Shown here: positions 1 through 19,104 of the stretch, in pieces
Numbering within the stretch: position 1 is the stretch's first letter
Layout of the letters: each line of letters starts with the position of its first letter
From: the human T2T-CHM13v2.0 reference genome, Homo sapiens
NCBI RefSeq assembly: GCF_009914755.1
Contig: NC_060946.1
Strand: one strand, 5' to 3'
DNA length: 64,000 nt
The notes under the pieces: model-generated
Database searches by the model: none
Told to the model about the DNA's origin: nothing
What the model saw: only the letters and a program-made list of their open reading frames with translations
Translations under genes and position numbers: made by a program

Positions 1-59
1 TAGGAATTGGACCTTTTTCTTTAGATTTGCTATACTTTTCATTTTACAAAAATATTTTA

Positions 60-774
<715 letters not shown>

Positions 775-784
775 CTAGCTTTGA

Positions 785-1117
<333 letters not shown>

Positions 1118-1451
1118 TAGTAAAAGATTTATGTGCTTCTGAAGTGAAAACCCATAACACTGTGGATTTAGAGAGGGCACATTTCCAGCCCAGTTCCTGA
1201 TACTTGCTGGGTTGTCGATTTTCAATTTTGGTGTATCTTTCCAGTGTTTCTCATGGCAGATTTAAGCAAATATGTGTGTTTACGTTCCACAGGTCTTATA
1301 TAAAAGGTGTATGTCATGCAGTGTATGTGGCACGGAGCACGTGTTTCTATCCTTTCTCCTTCCTTGTGTTCACTCCACAATATGTTGTGAGGCACTTGTG
1401 CAAGATTTCCACATGTCAAGCAAGTGTGGAAATTCTATGAAGCTTTTAACT

Positions 1452-1768
<317 letters not shown>

Positions 1769-4066
1769 TAAACTGGATGTGTCAGTAGTACCTGCCTCTG
1801 GGTGGTTGGGAGAAATCAAGGCGATAATGCATGTGAATTGATGACTCCTGTGTCTGGCACCGTAAAGTGCCAAGTGCTAGCTGTTACTGTCATGATGTTC
1901 ATTGTTTATGGTTTGTAATACTCAGCCTCAGGTACAGCTGGACACTTATATTTTGATAGCCAGCAGGGGAGCTGGAGCAGACCAAGTGAAGATAGGGAGT
2001 TTCCTGACTCTTTAGCCCTTTTTTCTGCAGCAGTTCTAGGGGAGTTGGTGTGCTTTGGAGCAGAAAGGGGCATAATAATCTGTCCATCTGGATGGGGGTG
2101 GGGGTGGATGGTGAGGAGTCAGGAGTGAAAGAGCCCAGCCAGGGGGATCAGAGGCGCAGTTTCAGATCCAGGGCTTTCTCCCCTGGAAAGGAGTTGTTGT
2201 GGTTGAGCCATTGCGTTCAGCCCCTAGATGTTCCTAGATAAACCTGCCTTTGGGGGAATGTAGGAAGTATCATCGCCCACAAGAAAGCTCCTTGGCTGGC
2301 AGCATGACAGCTTCCTGTGCTTGTTTCTCACATCAGGCGTCCCCTCCCTCCCCGCTCCCCACTAAGCCTCCTCACGCTGGTCTGGTAGCAGAGCTGGAGC
2401 AGATGGCAGTGGCTGCCCCTACTGTGGGTCAGGAGTGGTGCTGGGCACTGCAGGATGATGATGCCTGCCCACTGCATTCCAGGTGCTGGGCTGGCAGTGG
2501 GTCTTGCTCAGCCCTGGTGTTATGCAGAAGGGCTTTGGTGACATGGTCCTGAGCCTTGTTTGAGTGTCTTATGTCTAAGTAAAAGTATCTTGTTGCTTTT
2601 GAAACCTACTTCCCCTTGTTTTACCTTTTATGGATGTGGAGAAAACAAATTCATTTAAAGTATCGCAGACCTAAAAAATGGTCCAGGGCCTTAGGAGCTG
2701 TGAGGTGTTGACCTGGCTGGCCCCCAGGCCCTTCTCCCCTCATACATGGCCACCTTGCTTCTGTTCCTGAGTGTCCTCAGGTTCCCACACCTCCATTGCC
2801 CCCATTCTCATACCACTGTCCTTCAGGGACAGGCTGCCTGTGGGCCCCCTTCACACGCACATCAGCTTTCCTATCAGTAATTGATGGGGATAGCCGGAAG
2901 CTGGGCGTGTTGACAGAACTGCCTTGGTGTCCCCTTGTTCTGGCCAGGCCTCGCTGCTTATCCCAGCTTTTCCTCTCCCCTGGGCCTTTCTTCTTCATGT
3001 TGTCCTGTGCTAATTCCCCGAGCTGAAAAAAAGAAGTGGGGTAGAGTTTGGAGATAGATGTGGGATGATAAAGATTTCAAAAGTGTCTTTGTATTTTTAC
3101 ACTCATCTGAGACCACTTTTCATCATCCTTCCCTCTGCCCTGCCATCTTATGAGTGTAGTGGATGGACTCTGAGTGTCACAGTGACTCAGGAGGAAGGTT
3201 GGGTGAGCAGGGCACGGAGCCGGGGCTTTGCCCCTTCCAGGCTGCCCTGCCAGAAGGATGGGCACTTCAGCAGAAGACAAGGATGCTTCTCTGAAATAAG
3301 ACTTTACCTCAGACATCCGTGTATTGACCACAAGACCAACTCACAGTAGTGATTTCCCTGAAACACTTGGGAGTGAGTGTCCTTGGGGCCAAAGAGGACA
3401 ATGGGTGGGAGGCAGCCCCTGCCAGGCAATCCCAGAAACACAGCAGCTTGCATATAGCGGGCCTTGGCAGCCAGTGGCCTTCACCTCACCTGAGAGTGGG
3501 CTTCACCCTCTGCCTTGCCTGTGCGTAAATGGAGATGAACACAGATTCTCCCGGAAAGCGCAGCCAGGGGAGGGCCGCCCAGATTTTCAGCAGATACTGC
3601 GTCATCAGTGAAAAGGCAGCAACAGGCTGGGCTGAGAAATGAAAGCCCTTCTTTACAGATAGTGCAAAGACACAGCGGCCCACCCACGGCTGCCTCTGAC
3701 AGGCCTTGTGCCCTCAGGCCAGCGCCTCATCACCCCCAACCTGCCTGTCCCCTTTGTGATGAAGAGAGGGCACTCAAGATGGCTCCCAGCTCTCTCAGCT
3801 GAGTGCCTTTCCATCAGGGGAGAGGAGTGGCCGTTGGAGGCTCTCTGTCCCCTTCTTGTTTCTTTGTGCCTGTTATTGGCCAGCCTAGCTGAGCACTGAC
3901 GGCTCTCTTCCGAGAGGCGGATTCCAGAGGAGGCCGAGCAAGCGTCTGAATCTGCCTTGCAGGATGGGCTTCAGCTCGGTGCCAGCAGGCGAGGGGGCGG
4001 GAAGGGGGAGTCCGATGACTGCGCTTCTTCATCTGGTATTAAACTGCTTCCTGTTTTTACTTTTAG

Positions 4067-4118
4067 GACGAATACCTTTCTCTCGTGGCCAGGCTCATTA
4101 TCCATTTTCGAGACATTC
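4067..4118 (+). CDS. MED15: MED15 exon 3 (KIX domain, DEYLSLVARLIIHFRDI)
   Basis: ttttag|GACGAATAC...GACATTC|gtaagt; 52 nt; peptide matches the MED15 KIX helix. Exons 1-2 lie upstream of the window. Confidence 0.96.
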
Positions 4119-5775
4119 GTAAGTAAGATTTTGCATTTCTGGGTTGTTGAGATCTCTGTGAGAGGCCAGCCCTGACGCTGCCTCGGCAGAGCTTTCTGGG
4201 CAGGCCGTGGTGCCTGAGTCAGAAGGTCTGTGTCACCTCACTTGCTTCTGGGAAGTTCTTCACTGCCTTGCATTTGACTCCAGATCCCTCCATCCTCCCA
4301 GAGCCTTGGCCTCAAAAATGCTGATTCTAGCATCATGGAAATGCTGTCCTCAAAGTGGTCTAAACGGGTTGCTGCTTCACTTGCTCACTTAATCTCCCTT
4401 TTCATAGGGCTGTTGTTTTTACTTCTGGGAAGTTCTGTTTACCCTGGAACAGAAACTCTCTTCCCTAAAAGTTGATTTTATTGACCCATGGAGGCCAGAG
4501 ACACTTAGGCATATTTTCCCTCCAGACTAGAAGCTTCTGAGGAGGACCTCCTGAGTCTGCACCCTGGCTCCCTGCTGTGCTGAGGGCCCCCGTGTTAACC
4601 TCACGTTGTGCCTCCTCTGATTCAGAGGGCCCAGTGTGGTTCTGTCAGCCAGGCAGTGGCCCCAGCTCTACAGAAATGAGTTGTCATTGCATCCTAGGGC
4701 CAGGGTCTTCGTGCTTGTGTGTGTTACGTGGAAGTATGTGGACACCAAGTGTTCCTGGATGGCCACAGCCTGCGAAGGAAACTGGGGCCAGCAGCTGCTC
4801 TGTGTTTTCAGCCAACAATGGCTCCTGCCCACTGCCGCTGCATAACCACCAGAGGCAGGCTTCTCTTGACACAGGCCTGTCGTTGGAGCATGTGCCTGGC
4901 GAGTCCTATTTCTATTCCCCTGTGGGTTAGGGACAGGCAGCTGTACCTTCAGTGTGTTGCTGGGTCAAAGGGAGACATTGAGCACTCCAGAGCCTGGTAG
5001 GTTTTGCTTCTTTCCACACTAACTTTTCACCAGAATGGCCAGCAAAGTGAACTTCACTGATCTCACTCTCTGTGGTGTTGGAAAGTCACTGGGATGTGTA
5101 AGAGGAGAAGGAGCAGCCCAGATGATCTGGCCCAGATGCGCTGGCAGACTCCGCATGTTCTGCTTTCAGGGACAGTGGCCTGGCTGGTGCACACAGTCCT
5201 GTGGGGCTCATGAGGTCATGGGAAGCAGCCGAGCAGGAGGCTCAGGGCCCCATGACTGCTACAGAAGTTCTCCGCTGGGCACTGGGGTCAGCTGGACTGG
5301 CTTCCAGCTGGCCGTGGACAGCCTCAGTTTCCTCATCTAGGTAACAGAGACACTGCCTCACCAGAGTGGGCTGCAAAGGGAGGCAGTGTCAAGTCTTGGC
5401 ACCACTCCAGCCCCGCCGTGGGTTCCTGTAGTGTTCTATTATTTGTTTGCTCAGGGCTGAGCTGAGACCCTGGACCTGGGAAAAAGGAAAGCCAGAGTAG
5501 GCCCAGGGTCCCCAACCCCAGAGTGCTTCAGCCTTGGGGGCAGCTCCCTAAGGCCCCAGGTTGACCCTGGAGCTACTCTGCACCCTCTGCCCCCAGGTCT
5601 CTTGTGGGGTCAGCGCTGCCAAGAGTAGAAACACTTCCCCCAGTAGCGGGGAGTACTAGGAGCTCCGTGGGGATTAAGGCTTGGGCAAATGCCTACAGAA
5701 CTGACCTACCCATGGAAATATGTGGTTATATAAAACTATGTTTACTTTCGTTTTTTTGTTTGTGTTTTCATATAG

Positions 5776-5805
5776 ATAACAAGAAATCTCAAGCTTCCGT
5801 CAGTG
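5776..5805 (+). CDS. MED15: MED15 exon 4 (30 nt, HNKKSQASVS)
   Basis: tatag|ATAACAAG...GTCAGTG|gtaag; phase 1-1, joins exons 3 and 5 in frame. Confidence 0.95.
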
Positions 5806-6221
5806 GTAAGAGTTTTCCCTTTTGAGTTAAAGTTTCTCCCAACTTTGGATTTGAGGTGGCAAGAATGACATAGTGCATGCCTCATGTGCCTGGGTTAACC
5901 TGTCACTAGAGGAGAATGCTTGCGGAGAGAACTCTGGAGGGAGGAGGCTGACCAGCTGTGCCCTGACCTCTCCAGCCTTCGTCTTCCTGCAGACTGTGAA
6001 GTCGCATGATCCTCCCCATCCCGTTTCACACAAATGCTGCCTTTGCCCAGCAAAAAGATAAACACTCACAAAGCTATTAAGACATTATCCAAAAGTGTTG
6101 AGCTCTCTGGTAGAGAATTATTATGCTGTTTTCAGTGTAATAATATGTAGTAGCATTTCTGAGAAAATGCTGTGAATTCACTTTTTTAAGTTACAAAGTT
6201 TCTTTGTAAATTTAGAAATCT

Positions 6222-6528
<307 letters not shown>

Positions 6529-7566
6529 TTAAATTTCAGCGTTTATCACATGAGGGGAATTCTGTCAATTCAGCCTTGGTCTCTGCTGACTAAGCTGCAA
6601 GGGAAGGGGTTTAACAGATCCAGGCTGGCCAACTGCATTCTGCCATTGGGAAGGGAGTGCACTGACCTCACAGGCTGCACGCCACTGTCTGCCCTGCCCT
6701 AGACAGTAGAGCTGTACATGCCAGCTGTCTCTGCCCATGTGGGTCTCACCTCTCAGCCAGGACAGGGATTCTTGGCCAACTGGGGCTGAGCGGCAGCAAG
6801 GGCATGTGGCCAGAACATCTGGGCCCCTTGGCATTGGAGCATGGGGTCCTGGGTACCATCCAGTTGTGTGGCATGGCGGTCCTGCCAGGACATACCTGTC
6901 TGTGGGTAGCTGTTTGCTGTGAAGTCCACACTGTTGTGACAATGGCATCCTTGTCCTTGGTTGTGGCATTGCTCACTGAGCTGCTGACCTGGTGGGCTTG
7001 GGACATTTCTCCTCAGTGCTCTGTGGAGCCCTCCTCTGCACCCCTCAGCTGTTCTGGCATGGTGGCCCTGCACACAGGGGCCCAGGCTGAGTTGGACTCT
7101 GCAACAGCACGAGTGGAGCTGTGTGTGCCTGTGGACTTGTGCCCTCCCTGGGAGAGCGTCCCCTGGCCACTGTGTTACCGCTTGCTCAGAAGGGCCCATC
7201 GTGCTTTGTACGCTCACCCAGCAGGAGGGCTGGACAGCCAGGAGAGGCAGGGGTTGCCACCTGCCCTCAAGGCCTCAGCCCATCTTTAGTGTATCTGCAG
7301 GCATCAGAGAGGTCATTTGTCCCTTAACATTAGGACCCTGGTCCAGGCCAGGCTAGAGGTATGGGTCATGCAGTGACCAACACACCTGGCGTCCTAGCCA
7401 TTCATATTTGGGAGTCTCCAGGAGCCTAGTCTCTTACTGCTTGGGGCTGTGAGGGGATTGAGCCTGTAGGTAGGCGAGATCTGTGCTCTGTGAGCCTTAC
7501 GCCCTTTGAGCCATGGTCAGTCTGGTAGGCCCTTTCCTGAGAAGCTCTGCCCTTGTGTTCCCACAG

Positions 7567-7779
7567 ATCCTATGAATGCACTCCAGAGCCTGACTGGCGG
7601 ACCTGCTGCGGGAGCCGCTGGAATTGGCATGCCTCCTCGGGGCCCGGGACAGTCTCTGGGCGGGATGGGTAGCCTTGGTGCCATGGGACAGCCAATGTCT
7701 CTCTCAGGGCAGCCGCCTCCTGGGACCTCGGGGATGGCCCCTCACAGCATGGCTGTCGTGTCTACGGCAACTCCACAGA
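7567..7779 (+). CDS. MED15: MED15 exon 5 (DPMNALQSLTGG...STATPQ)
   Basis: cacag|ATCC...CCACAGA|gtgagt; 213 nt; inside ORF 7506..7853. Confidence 0.97.
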
Positions 7780-8366
7780 GTGAGTACCACACTTCTTGGA
7801 GGATTTGCCGCTTTCCTTGCAAACGACAACACATTTTATTCCTGTGCTTATGATGGTATCAAGAAAAGCATGGAGAAGCTCCAAATCGCTCTGGTTTTTT
7901 TGTTTTTTAAATCTTTGTTGTATGTGGAGAGAAAAGGCTTCCAATTTTCGTTGAGCTCCCAGAAGGGTTAAGTGATGCTGGGCCCTCCTCCTCCTCCTAG
8001 CCCTGGGCAGGAGGGTGGGGATGGCCTGAGACTCCATCCAAAGGTTTGTGTTTTGTGGCTGAAATAGATACAGTGTGTTTCAGAGGGTTCTCAGCTACAA
8101 GGCAGGGCTGAGTGCCAGCAACCACAACTCCACTGTCTGCCCGAGCTCTGGGCACCATCTCTTCTAGTGCTGCCCTTGCCCCTTGGTCACCATGGGTGTG
8201 GCTTGCAGCCATATTATCTTCTGGCTTCCTTTCTGTGAAGGAGACTCTGTGTCCTCTCCACACGGCTGCTGTGGTGGGAAACTGGGCTGTGATCAGGTGT
8301 TATAGGTGAACCAAAGCTGCTCTAAAGGGGAGGCAAAGAACCTCCCTCTTCTTTCCAGGACCTGTC

Positions 8367-8652
8367 TTTTGAGACGGGGTCTCGCTCTGTGGGCCACATT
8401 GGAGTGCAGTGGCACAATCACGGCTCACTGCAGCCTGGACATCCTGGGCTCAGGTGATCCTCACACCACAGCCTCCAAAGTAGCTGGGACTATAGGCTCA
8501 CAGCACCGCGCCCGGCTAATATTTTGTATTTTTTGTAGAGATGGGACTTCACCATGTTGCCCAGGCTTATCTTGAACTCCTGGGCTCAAGCGATCTGCTC
8601 ACCTCGGCCTCCCAAAGTGTTGGGATTACAGGCGTGAGCCAACGCGCCTGCC
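8367..8652 (-). mobile_element. Alu (AluJ-like)
   Basis: Antisense Alu flanked by aggacct. Confidence 0.85.
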
Positions 8653-8744
8653 CTTAGGACCTATCTTGATGTATCCTTGAGTCCCATCAACATTTCTTAG
8701 AGTGTGCTGTGCCCACTGCAAAGTGCTTTAGTGTTTTTTTCCCC

Positions 8745-9720
<976 letters not shown>

Positions 9721-10456
9721 GCTTCAATATATTTTTGTCACACATCCCTCATGATAACCCTATGAAGAGGGCAGCATCGCCCCCTCTGCTTTGTCAGTGT
9801 AGCAGCTGCTAAGGAGAACTGGAGTCACACCCCAGGCCAAGAGCTGGGATCGAAGCTGCTGCCTGACCCCATCCTCACACTCCTACCCTATCCTGTGTCA
9901 GGTTTCCTCTTCTTTGGGGCCATAGGCATCCTCATTTCTACCCACTCCTGCTCTGGAATCTTCCTCCATCCCAAGCCACCTTCCCTTCTCATACCTTAAT
10001 TCTCCTCTTACTTCCTGTTGTCTAACTCTCAGCACGTGCTGGTTTCCTCATCCTAGAACAATCTGCCTGGTTCTTCGTCCCAAGCTCTCATTACCTCACT
10101 CTTTTTAGCACATCAGATAAGTACACCAGCTGGGTTTAGGGAGGACCCACAGAAGTGCCGGCTCAAGTTCCTTGTCACGTTCTACTCTTGTGTACTTGGT
10201 GCATTTTTTTTTTAATCATGAGCTTATACTTGATAATAAATTGTTTTTAAATGTATGAGTTTAGAATGCTCACATGAGTTGCCTTGTCATCCCACTTCAG
10301 AGACTTTGTCTTAAACCAGTTCTTTGTCAGAAGTTCAGTGGTGAAGCTTGATATCCTGCCCACGCCCTCCCCAGTCTGGCCTTGGCCCCCACATCCTGTT
10401 TTTAGCTTCCAAGGGGACTGGTCTTCTGTGTGGCACTAGTTGAAAGTTACAGTGGG

Positions 10457-10752
10457 GGCTGGGCACGGTGGCTCACGCCTGTAATCCCAGCACTTTGGGA
10501 GGCTGAGGCGGGCGGATCACGAGGTCAGGAGATCGAGACCATCCTGGCTAACACGGTGAGACCCCGTCTCTACTAAAAATACAAAAAATTAGCCGGGCGT
10601 AGTGGTGGGTGCCTGTAGTCCCAGCTACTCGGGAGACTAAGGCAGGAGAATGGCATGAACCTGGGAGGCGGAGCTTGCAGGGGGCGAGATCGTGCCACTG
10701 CACTCCAGCCTGGGCAACAGAGCGAGACTCTGTCTCAAAAGAAAAAAGAAAA
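10457..10752 (+). mobile_element. AluY-like with TSD AAAGTTACAGTGG
   Basis: CpG-rich with AluY diagnostics; TSD on both sides. Confidence 0.92.
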
Positions 10753-11640
10753 AGTTACAGTGGATTCTCTACTTCAGGATCTTGTTACCACCTTTGTCAG
10801 AGGCCAACTCTCCCTGCCCTTCACCACTTGCCTCCCTGGTCTCCCTGAAACTAGTAGTGTTGTCTGATGGGCATTTGATACCCCTTCCTGACACCTTTCC
10901 CAAAGACTACTGCATGATTAAGGCCCTTTCAGATCTTCATCTAGTGCCACCAAGAGGACAGAGCCTGGGTCAGAGGTTTTGCCAGGGACTCTCAAAGGGT
11001 AGGCCAGGGGACATTGTGATAGTTTTCAGGTGACCCAGGTTAGTCGGAAAAGGCTGAAACTGCTGGTTGTTCCTATGGCTGGGGCTGCAGTACAGAGTTG
11101 GAAGCAAAGCTTTTCACTCTGCGCATTTTTGTTTCTCATGAGTTTTATATGACGTGCATGTAAAGCCGACTTTAAAAATAATTTCTACTGCCAGTTGTGT
11201 GATGGACTGGGGTGCTGAGGACATGTTCTCCTCCTGGATAACTAGGTTCTGGTTAGGATGCACTTTGGAATGCTGGCCTGCAGCAGTTGGGGAGGCTTTG
11301 TCCTCCTGAGCCTCGGCTGCTGCAAGGTGGGGGAAGAAAGCTTGGGATTCCTGTAGTCAGCCAGGATTTGTGCTGGGTCCTGTGTCACCCCCCATACCCC
11401 CCAGAAGCAGGTGCAGATTGGAGCAGGTGCGGATTGGAGGAACATGTCCCCAGTGTAAGACCTGTGACAGTTGCACATTAAGGTCAAGCAATCAGCATAC
11501 AAAGATCACCAGCCTTGAAGGGAAGGAGAGACACCATGAAGGTGAACAGAAAAAATAGACACATGTAGGCATGCCCAGTGACCACACACACAGGAACTGT
11601 TAGTTATGGGCCATGGGGTATATAAAGAAATAAAGTGGAG

Positions 11641-12420
11641 AGCCGGGCACAGTGGCTCACGACTACACTCCTGGCTACTCGGGAGGCTAAGGCAGGGGGA
11701 TTGCTTGAGGCCAGGAGTTTGAGGCTATGGTGAACTATCATTGCACCACTGCACTCCAGCCTGGGGGATAGAACGAGACACCATCTCTGAAAAAATAGAA
11801 AACAAAAAGGAAAAGAAAGAGCAGAAATTCAAATGAAAAAGCATCATCAGGAGCGATGAAGCAGATTTGAAACGGAACCAAATGAAAGCTGTAGAAATGA
11901 GCAATATAATTATTGAACGAAGAAAGTGGATGAATGAACAGCGCATTAGATACAGCTGAAGAAAGAATTTGTGTAATAGAAGCTACATTTGAAGAAATTA
12001 TCTAGAATGTAGCACAGAGAAGAGCACATGGAAAATGTGAAAGCAAGGGTAAGAAATGAGGATAAGATCAGAAATTCTAATTGGCATCCAAGCAAAGCCC
12101 CAGAAGGATCAAATGGAGAGAATGGAAGAAAACAATATGTGAGGGGATAACTACTGAGAAAAGCCCATCTGGCCCCAACCAAGTTAGCCATCTCATCTGC
12201 TGTGAGACTGCAGAGCACCAAAGGCCAGAGGAATGTCTTAGAAATAGGCAGTTCCTGCAAAGGAGCAATGAGTACACTCAGCAGTAGAGTCAGAAAGGTA
12301 ATAGAATATTGTTAAAGCATTGAGAATAGAGCTGCCAGTCACATTTGTATGCCAGCAAGACTCAAGGATGTGGAAAGCAAGCCATTTTTAGATAAACCTA
12401 GCCTTAGAGACCATCACTAA
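11641..12420 (+). mobile_element. Alu monomer (11641-~11800) followed by a degraded L1-like A-rich fragment
   Basis: Single Alu arm, then an L1 ORF1-like stretch (acagctgaagaaagaatt). Confidence 0.55.
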
Positions 12421-12588
12421 AAGATTTTCTAAAGGATATATCTTTTTTTATCCTTTTTCCAATAAGCCTTTTGCACTCTTAGATATATTCTTTTGTTTAT
12501 CCTTTCCTCTTCCCTCTCAGGTGATACAAGGTAAAATGGGAAAAGAAACGTTGAGCATAGGTGATAGTAAATGTGTATAAATCTAAAG

Positions 12589-12801
12589 CAGTGATTCTCA
12601 CCCAGGGTGACATTCCACCACAGGGGATATTTGACAATGTCTGGAGACATTTTGGGATGTCACTACTGTGGGGGTGCTGCTGGTGCGTAATGGGTGGAGA
12701 CCAGAGGTGCTGCTAACCATCTTACAAATACAGGTCAGTCCCCCCAACAACATAGAATCATCTGGGTCAAGTGTCAGTAGTGAAAAGGTTGAAAATCGCT
12801 G
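12589..12801 (+). mobile_element. MER20 DNA transposon (hAT-Charlie)
   Basis: Matches recalled MER20 consensus: CAGTGATTCTCA...GACAATGTCTGGAGACATTTT...GGTTGAAAATCGCTG. Confidence 0.85.
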
Positions 12802-12846
12802 GTGTAAATAAAAATTTACCTCTGTAAAATAAAACAGTCAGGCTAA

Positions 12847-13335
<489 letters not shown>

Positions 13336-13876
13336 AGGGACTATTTTGAGTGTTTTACTTACATAATAGATTATTTAATTCTTAGTCCAGTGTGTGGAGT
13401 AGGTACTATTATTGCATTTTCTAACAGGGAAAACTAAGGCAATGAGCAGTGACAGAGTTGAGGTTTTGAGTCCAGGCAGCCTAGCTTGGAGGCTGTATCC
13501 CTAGCCTCAAATCCATCCAGCCTCTTAATAGAATGTCTGCTGTGAAGAGTTAAAATAGATCAACAAAATATGAAATAAATGCAAGTCAGCAGGGAGATAG
13601 AGCGTGAATATCGGTTCTGTCGGGTACATATAAAACCTACTTTAAAAAGTAGTAAATTTGGGAAATGCTAAAATATTGATGAGGTTTATACTTTAAGTTA
13701 AATATGCATGATAAAATTGAAAAATTATTGCTAAAACAATGGAAATAATTCATAAAATTTAAGATCAATAGAAAAAATAGGATAAGGCAGAAATCCAGAT
13801 AATACAAAGTTCAATCCAATCATCCAACAAAAATGCAATCAAAAAAGACAAAGAAGCTTAGAAAAGGAAAGACAAA

Positions 13877-14201
<325 letters not shown>

Positions 14202-14370
14202 TTAAAAATATAAGTAATCATAATAAATGTGAGTGGACTAAACTTTTCTGCTGAAAGATAGGAAATGTGAGAACAAATGGAAATGAAACAGCACAGTTGT
14301 TTTATTGTTAGAAGAAACACACACCTACAATAAAACATGCGGAAGGATTTAAAAATAAAAGATGAAGAAA

Positions 14371-15685
<1,315 letters not shown>

Positions 15686-15689
15686 CTTA

Positions 15690-16815
15690 CACCCATCAGA
15701 ATTGCTAAAATGAATAGTGACAGCCTCAAGTGTTGGTGACAGAGAAACTGAATCACTCATATATTGCTGGTGAGAATGTAAAGTGGTTTTACCTTCTTTC
15801 AAAATGAAATATGCAACTCAGCAGTTACACTCTTGGGTATTTTTCCTAGAGAAATGAAAACCTCGCATAAAAACCCATGCACGAATTTTAACAGCAGCTT
15901 TATTTGTGGTAGCCCAAATCTACAGTTACCCAAATGTCCTTCATGTAGACGGTTAAACACACTGTGAGGTGCTTGTACCATGGAATACCCTGGCAGTACT
16001 GTTGCTAGAACTACAACCTGTATGCTGAATGTAAAAAGCCGATCCCAAAAAGGTTCATACTGTATGGTTCCATTTTTGAAATATTATGTATAATTTTGAA
16101 ATGACAAAATTTTAGAAATGGAGGATGCTGCAGTGGTTGCCAGAGTTTGCGGGTCAGGGTTGCTGAGAGAGGTGGCAACACGAGGGATCCTTGTGGTGTG
16201 GGGACTGTGTAGTGTATTGACTGGTGGTGACTGAACCCACCCAGGTGGTTAAATTGTCCAGAACTTAGTACACACACCCACACAAGTGAGCACACATCGT
16301 GGTTGTGATACCTTGTAAGTTTGTAGAATGTTACCATTGGAGGAAACTGGGCAAAGTATACAAAGGATCTCTCTATATTTCTTTAATACAGCTTTATTGA
16401 GACATAATTCTCATTAGCATACAATTCACCCATCTGAAGTGCTCCACTCGGTAGGTTTTAGTGTAATCCACAGAGTTGTGCAGCCATCAGCACAATTTTA
16501 GAACATTTTTATGTTCACCCCAAAAGAAACCTCACCTCAGAAAATCTTGTAATTGACTGTTCATATAAGCAGTTTTCATAATAGCCACAAAGTAGAAGCA
16601 GCGCAAATGTTCATCACAGGAAATCGGTGTAGTAGAATATTATTTGGCGATAAAAATAACACAGAAAAACTGATAACATGCCACGACATGGGCGAACTCG
16701 TAAATATTATGCTAAAGAAGCTAGTCACAAAAGAGCACATGTTCGATGCCATTCGTACAAAGAGTCCGGAAGTGGCCAATCCATAGAGACAGAGAGGAGA
16801 TTACTGATTGCCAGA
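15690..16815. mobile_element. Old L1 (L1M/L1ME-type) 3' fragments
   Basis: Motifs attgctggtgagaatgtaaagtgg, catactgtatggttccattt, ggagattactgattgccag. Confidence 0.7.
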
Positions 16816-17086
16816 GTCTAGGCTTCTTATTTATCCAAAAGACTTAGTTGTCCCTTTTCTTTTGTCTTTGGTTATTATAGAGTAACTCATGATAGGAAAT
16901 CCCAAAATCAACACAAATGCTACTTCGTATTCTATCTTTCTGTCTGTGGTAAATGGAACGTTCAGATTCCAGCGGCAGCCGTGGCAGTGGGGCTTTTGCT
17001 GGCTGTTTTGTCCCTTGCTGTGCAGCCCTGCAGCGTTTCTGGGAATCTGCCCTGTGGACTGACTGGCGACTCTGGTCTTTTCTCAG

Positions 17087-17166
17087 CCCAGCTGCAGCTC
17101 CAGCAGGTGGCGCTGCAGCAGCAGCAGCAACAGCAGCAGTTCCAGCAGCAGCAGCAGGCGGCGCTA

Positions 17167-17198
<32 letters not shown>

Positions 17199-17325
17199 GT
17201 TCCAGGCTCAGCAGAGTGCCATGCAGCAGCAGTTCCAAGCAGTAGTGCAGCAGCAGCAGCAGCTCCAGCAGCAGCAGCAGCAGCAGCAGCATCTAATTAA
17301 ATTGCATCATCAAAATCAGCAACAG
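17087..17325 (+). CDS. MED15: MED15 exon 6 (polyglutamine-rich)
   Basis: tctcag|CCCAGCTG...CAACAG|gtacc; 239 nt; QLQLQQVALQQQ...HLIKLHHQNQQQ. Confidence 0.97.
17116..17289 (+). repeat. Interrupted CAG/CAA tracts of MED15 exon 6
   Basis: Several Q5-Q11 runs separated by F/AAL/L codons. Confidence 0.9.
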
Positions 17326-17485
17326 GTACCAGGTCCCCTGTTCCTGCTCTTGGCCTCCCTCCTGCAGCGTGAGCCCTGGGCTGGCATCAGCCACAATGCT
17401 GGGTGCAGTGCCCGGAGCCAGCCGAGGGTTCTCTTGACACGTGTGCCTGCCCTTTTCCATGGGCTTCTCAAAAAGTCTGGGACAA

Positions 17486-17787
<302 letters not shown>

Positions 17788-18667
17788 AAAAGTCTGGGAC
17801 AGGCAGGAGAAACAGGCCCTGACTCACTAGGAAGGTTCTGTGATCGAGCCCTTCCATTTGGGCTTGGGCATCTGGCGGTGGGCCTCCTGTGTAGTTCAGG
17901 GGCTGCGAGGGATTCAAACAAGAGTGAGCTGAAGCAAGAAGTGAGACGAACACTCTGAGGCTTGGGACTACTTGAGCCATTGTGGGCCATTTTGGCTGAG
18001 GACACATGTGCCTCCTGTTTACCTCTGTGTCTTGGGTTCTGGGCTCAGTGTTAGTCGACCTCCAGCTGGTGTTGCATGAGGTGATGGTGATGTCATGTTA
18101 GCAGCACTGCTTCTCAGAAGTTGTTCAGCTTCCCATGGTTTCCATAGAGAGTCTAGACGTGTTAAACATCTGCCCTCACAGCAGGTCTTGGTTGGGAGAG
18201 GAAAGCCCCAAAGGGCCCCACCACCCTCCCACCCCTTCAGGCCTCAGCTAGCTGGGCTTCTCTGGATCTTGGCACCCCTCTCCCAGAGCTGACAGTGCAT
18301 CTGCAGCCACACTTTTCCTTCTCCTGCTGACAAGCAGACCTTGACCGTCACCGTGAGGCTCATGCCACTGACCTATAGGGGCAAAGCAAGCATCGTTGCA
18401 GAGGCTTCAGAAATCTGCAGTTGCCCCAGCTTTTATCCTAGCTTCCATGGAGCTGTACCTATTCCTTGTCATCTTTTGCTGAAGTTTCTAGGTATGCCCT
18501 TTGAACCATCCTAGTGGAATGGTAGACCAGAGCCCAGGCACACACTTGGTGCCTCCCCGGTGTCAGGAAGGCAGCTGGTGTTGGCCTCGGGGGGCCCAGA
18601 GCCTTTCTGTGGGAGATGTGCCCCTCCCCGTGTGAGTGAGAGGTCAGCCTGTCAGCCCAGGAAGGCC

Positions 18668-18990
<323 letters not shown>

Positions 18991-19104
18991 TGATGGCTCT
19001 GCAGATGGCCACCTGGGCTTCCTGAGGCCCAGACTGTCACAGGGAGGAGCTGGTGCCACAGAGGCAGATGAGTGATAACCGAGTGCTGCTTGTTCTGTCT
19101 CTAG

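Noticed and set aside
1960-1975. Second CTCF-like motif CCAGCAGGGGAGCTGG
   Set aside because: Lacks the GGGGGCG core; too weak to call.
4577-4930. 117-aa ORF in intron 3
   Set aside because: Non-ATG start, no domain, intronic.
6804-7289. 161-aa ORF with a hydrophobic stretch in intron 4
   Set aside because: No recognisable family, no convincing splice sites, and overlapping ORFs on both strands typical of GC-rich intron.
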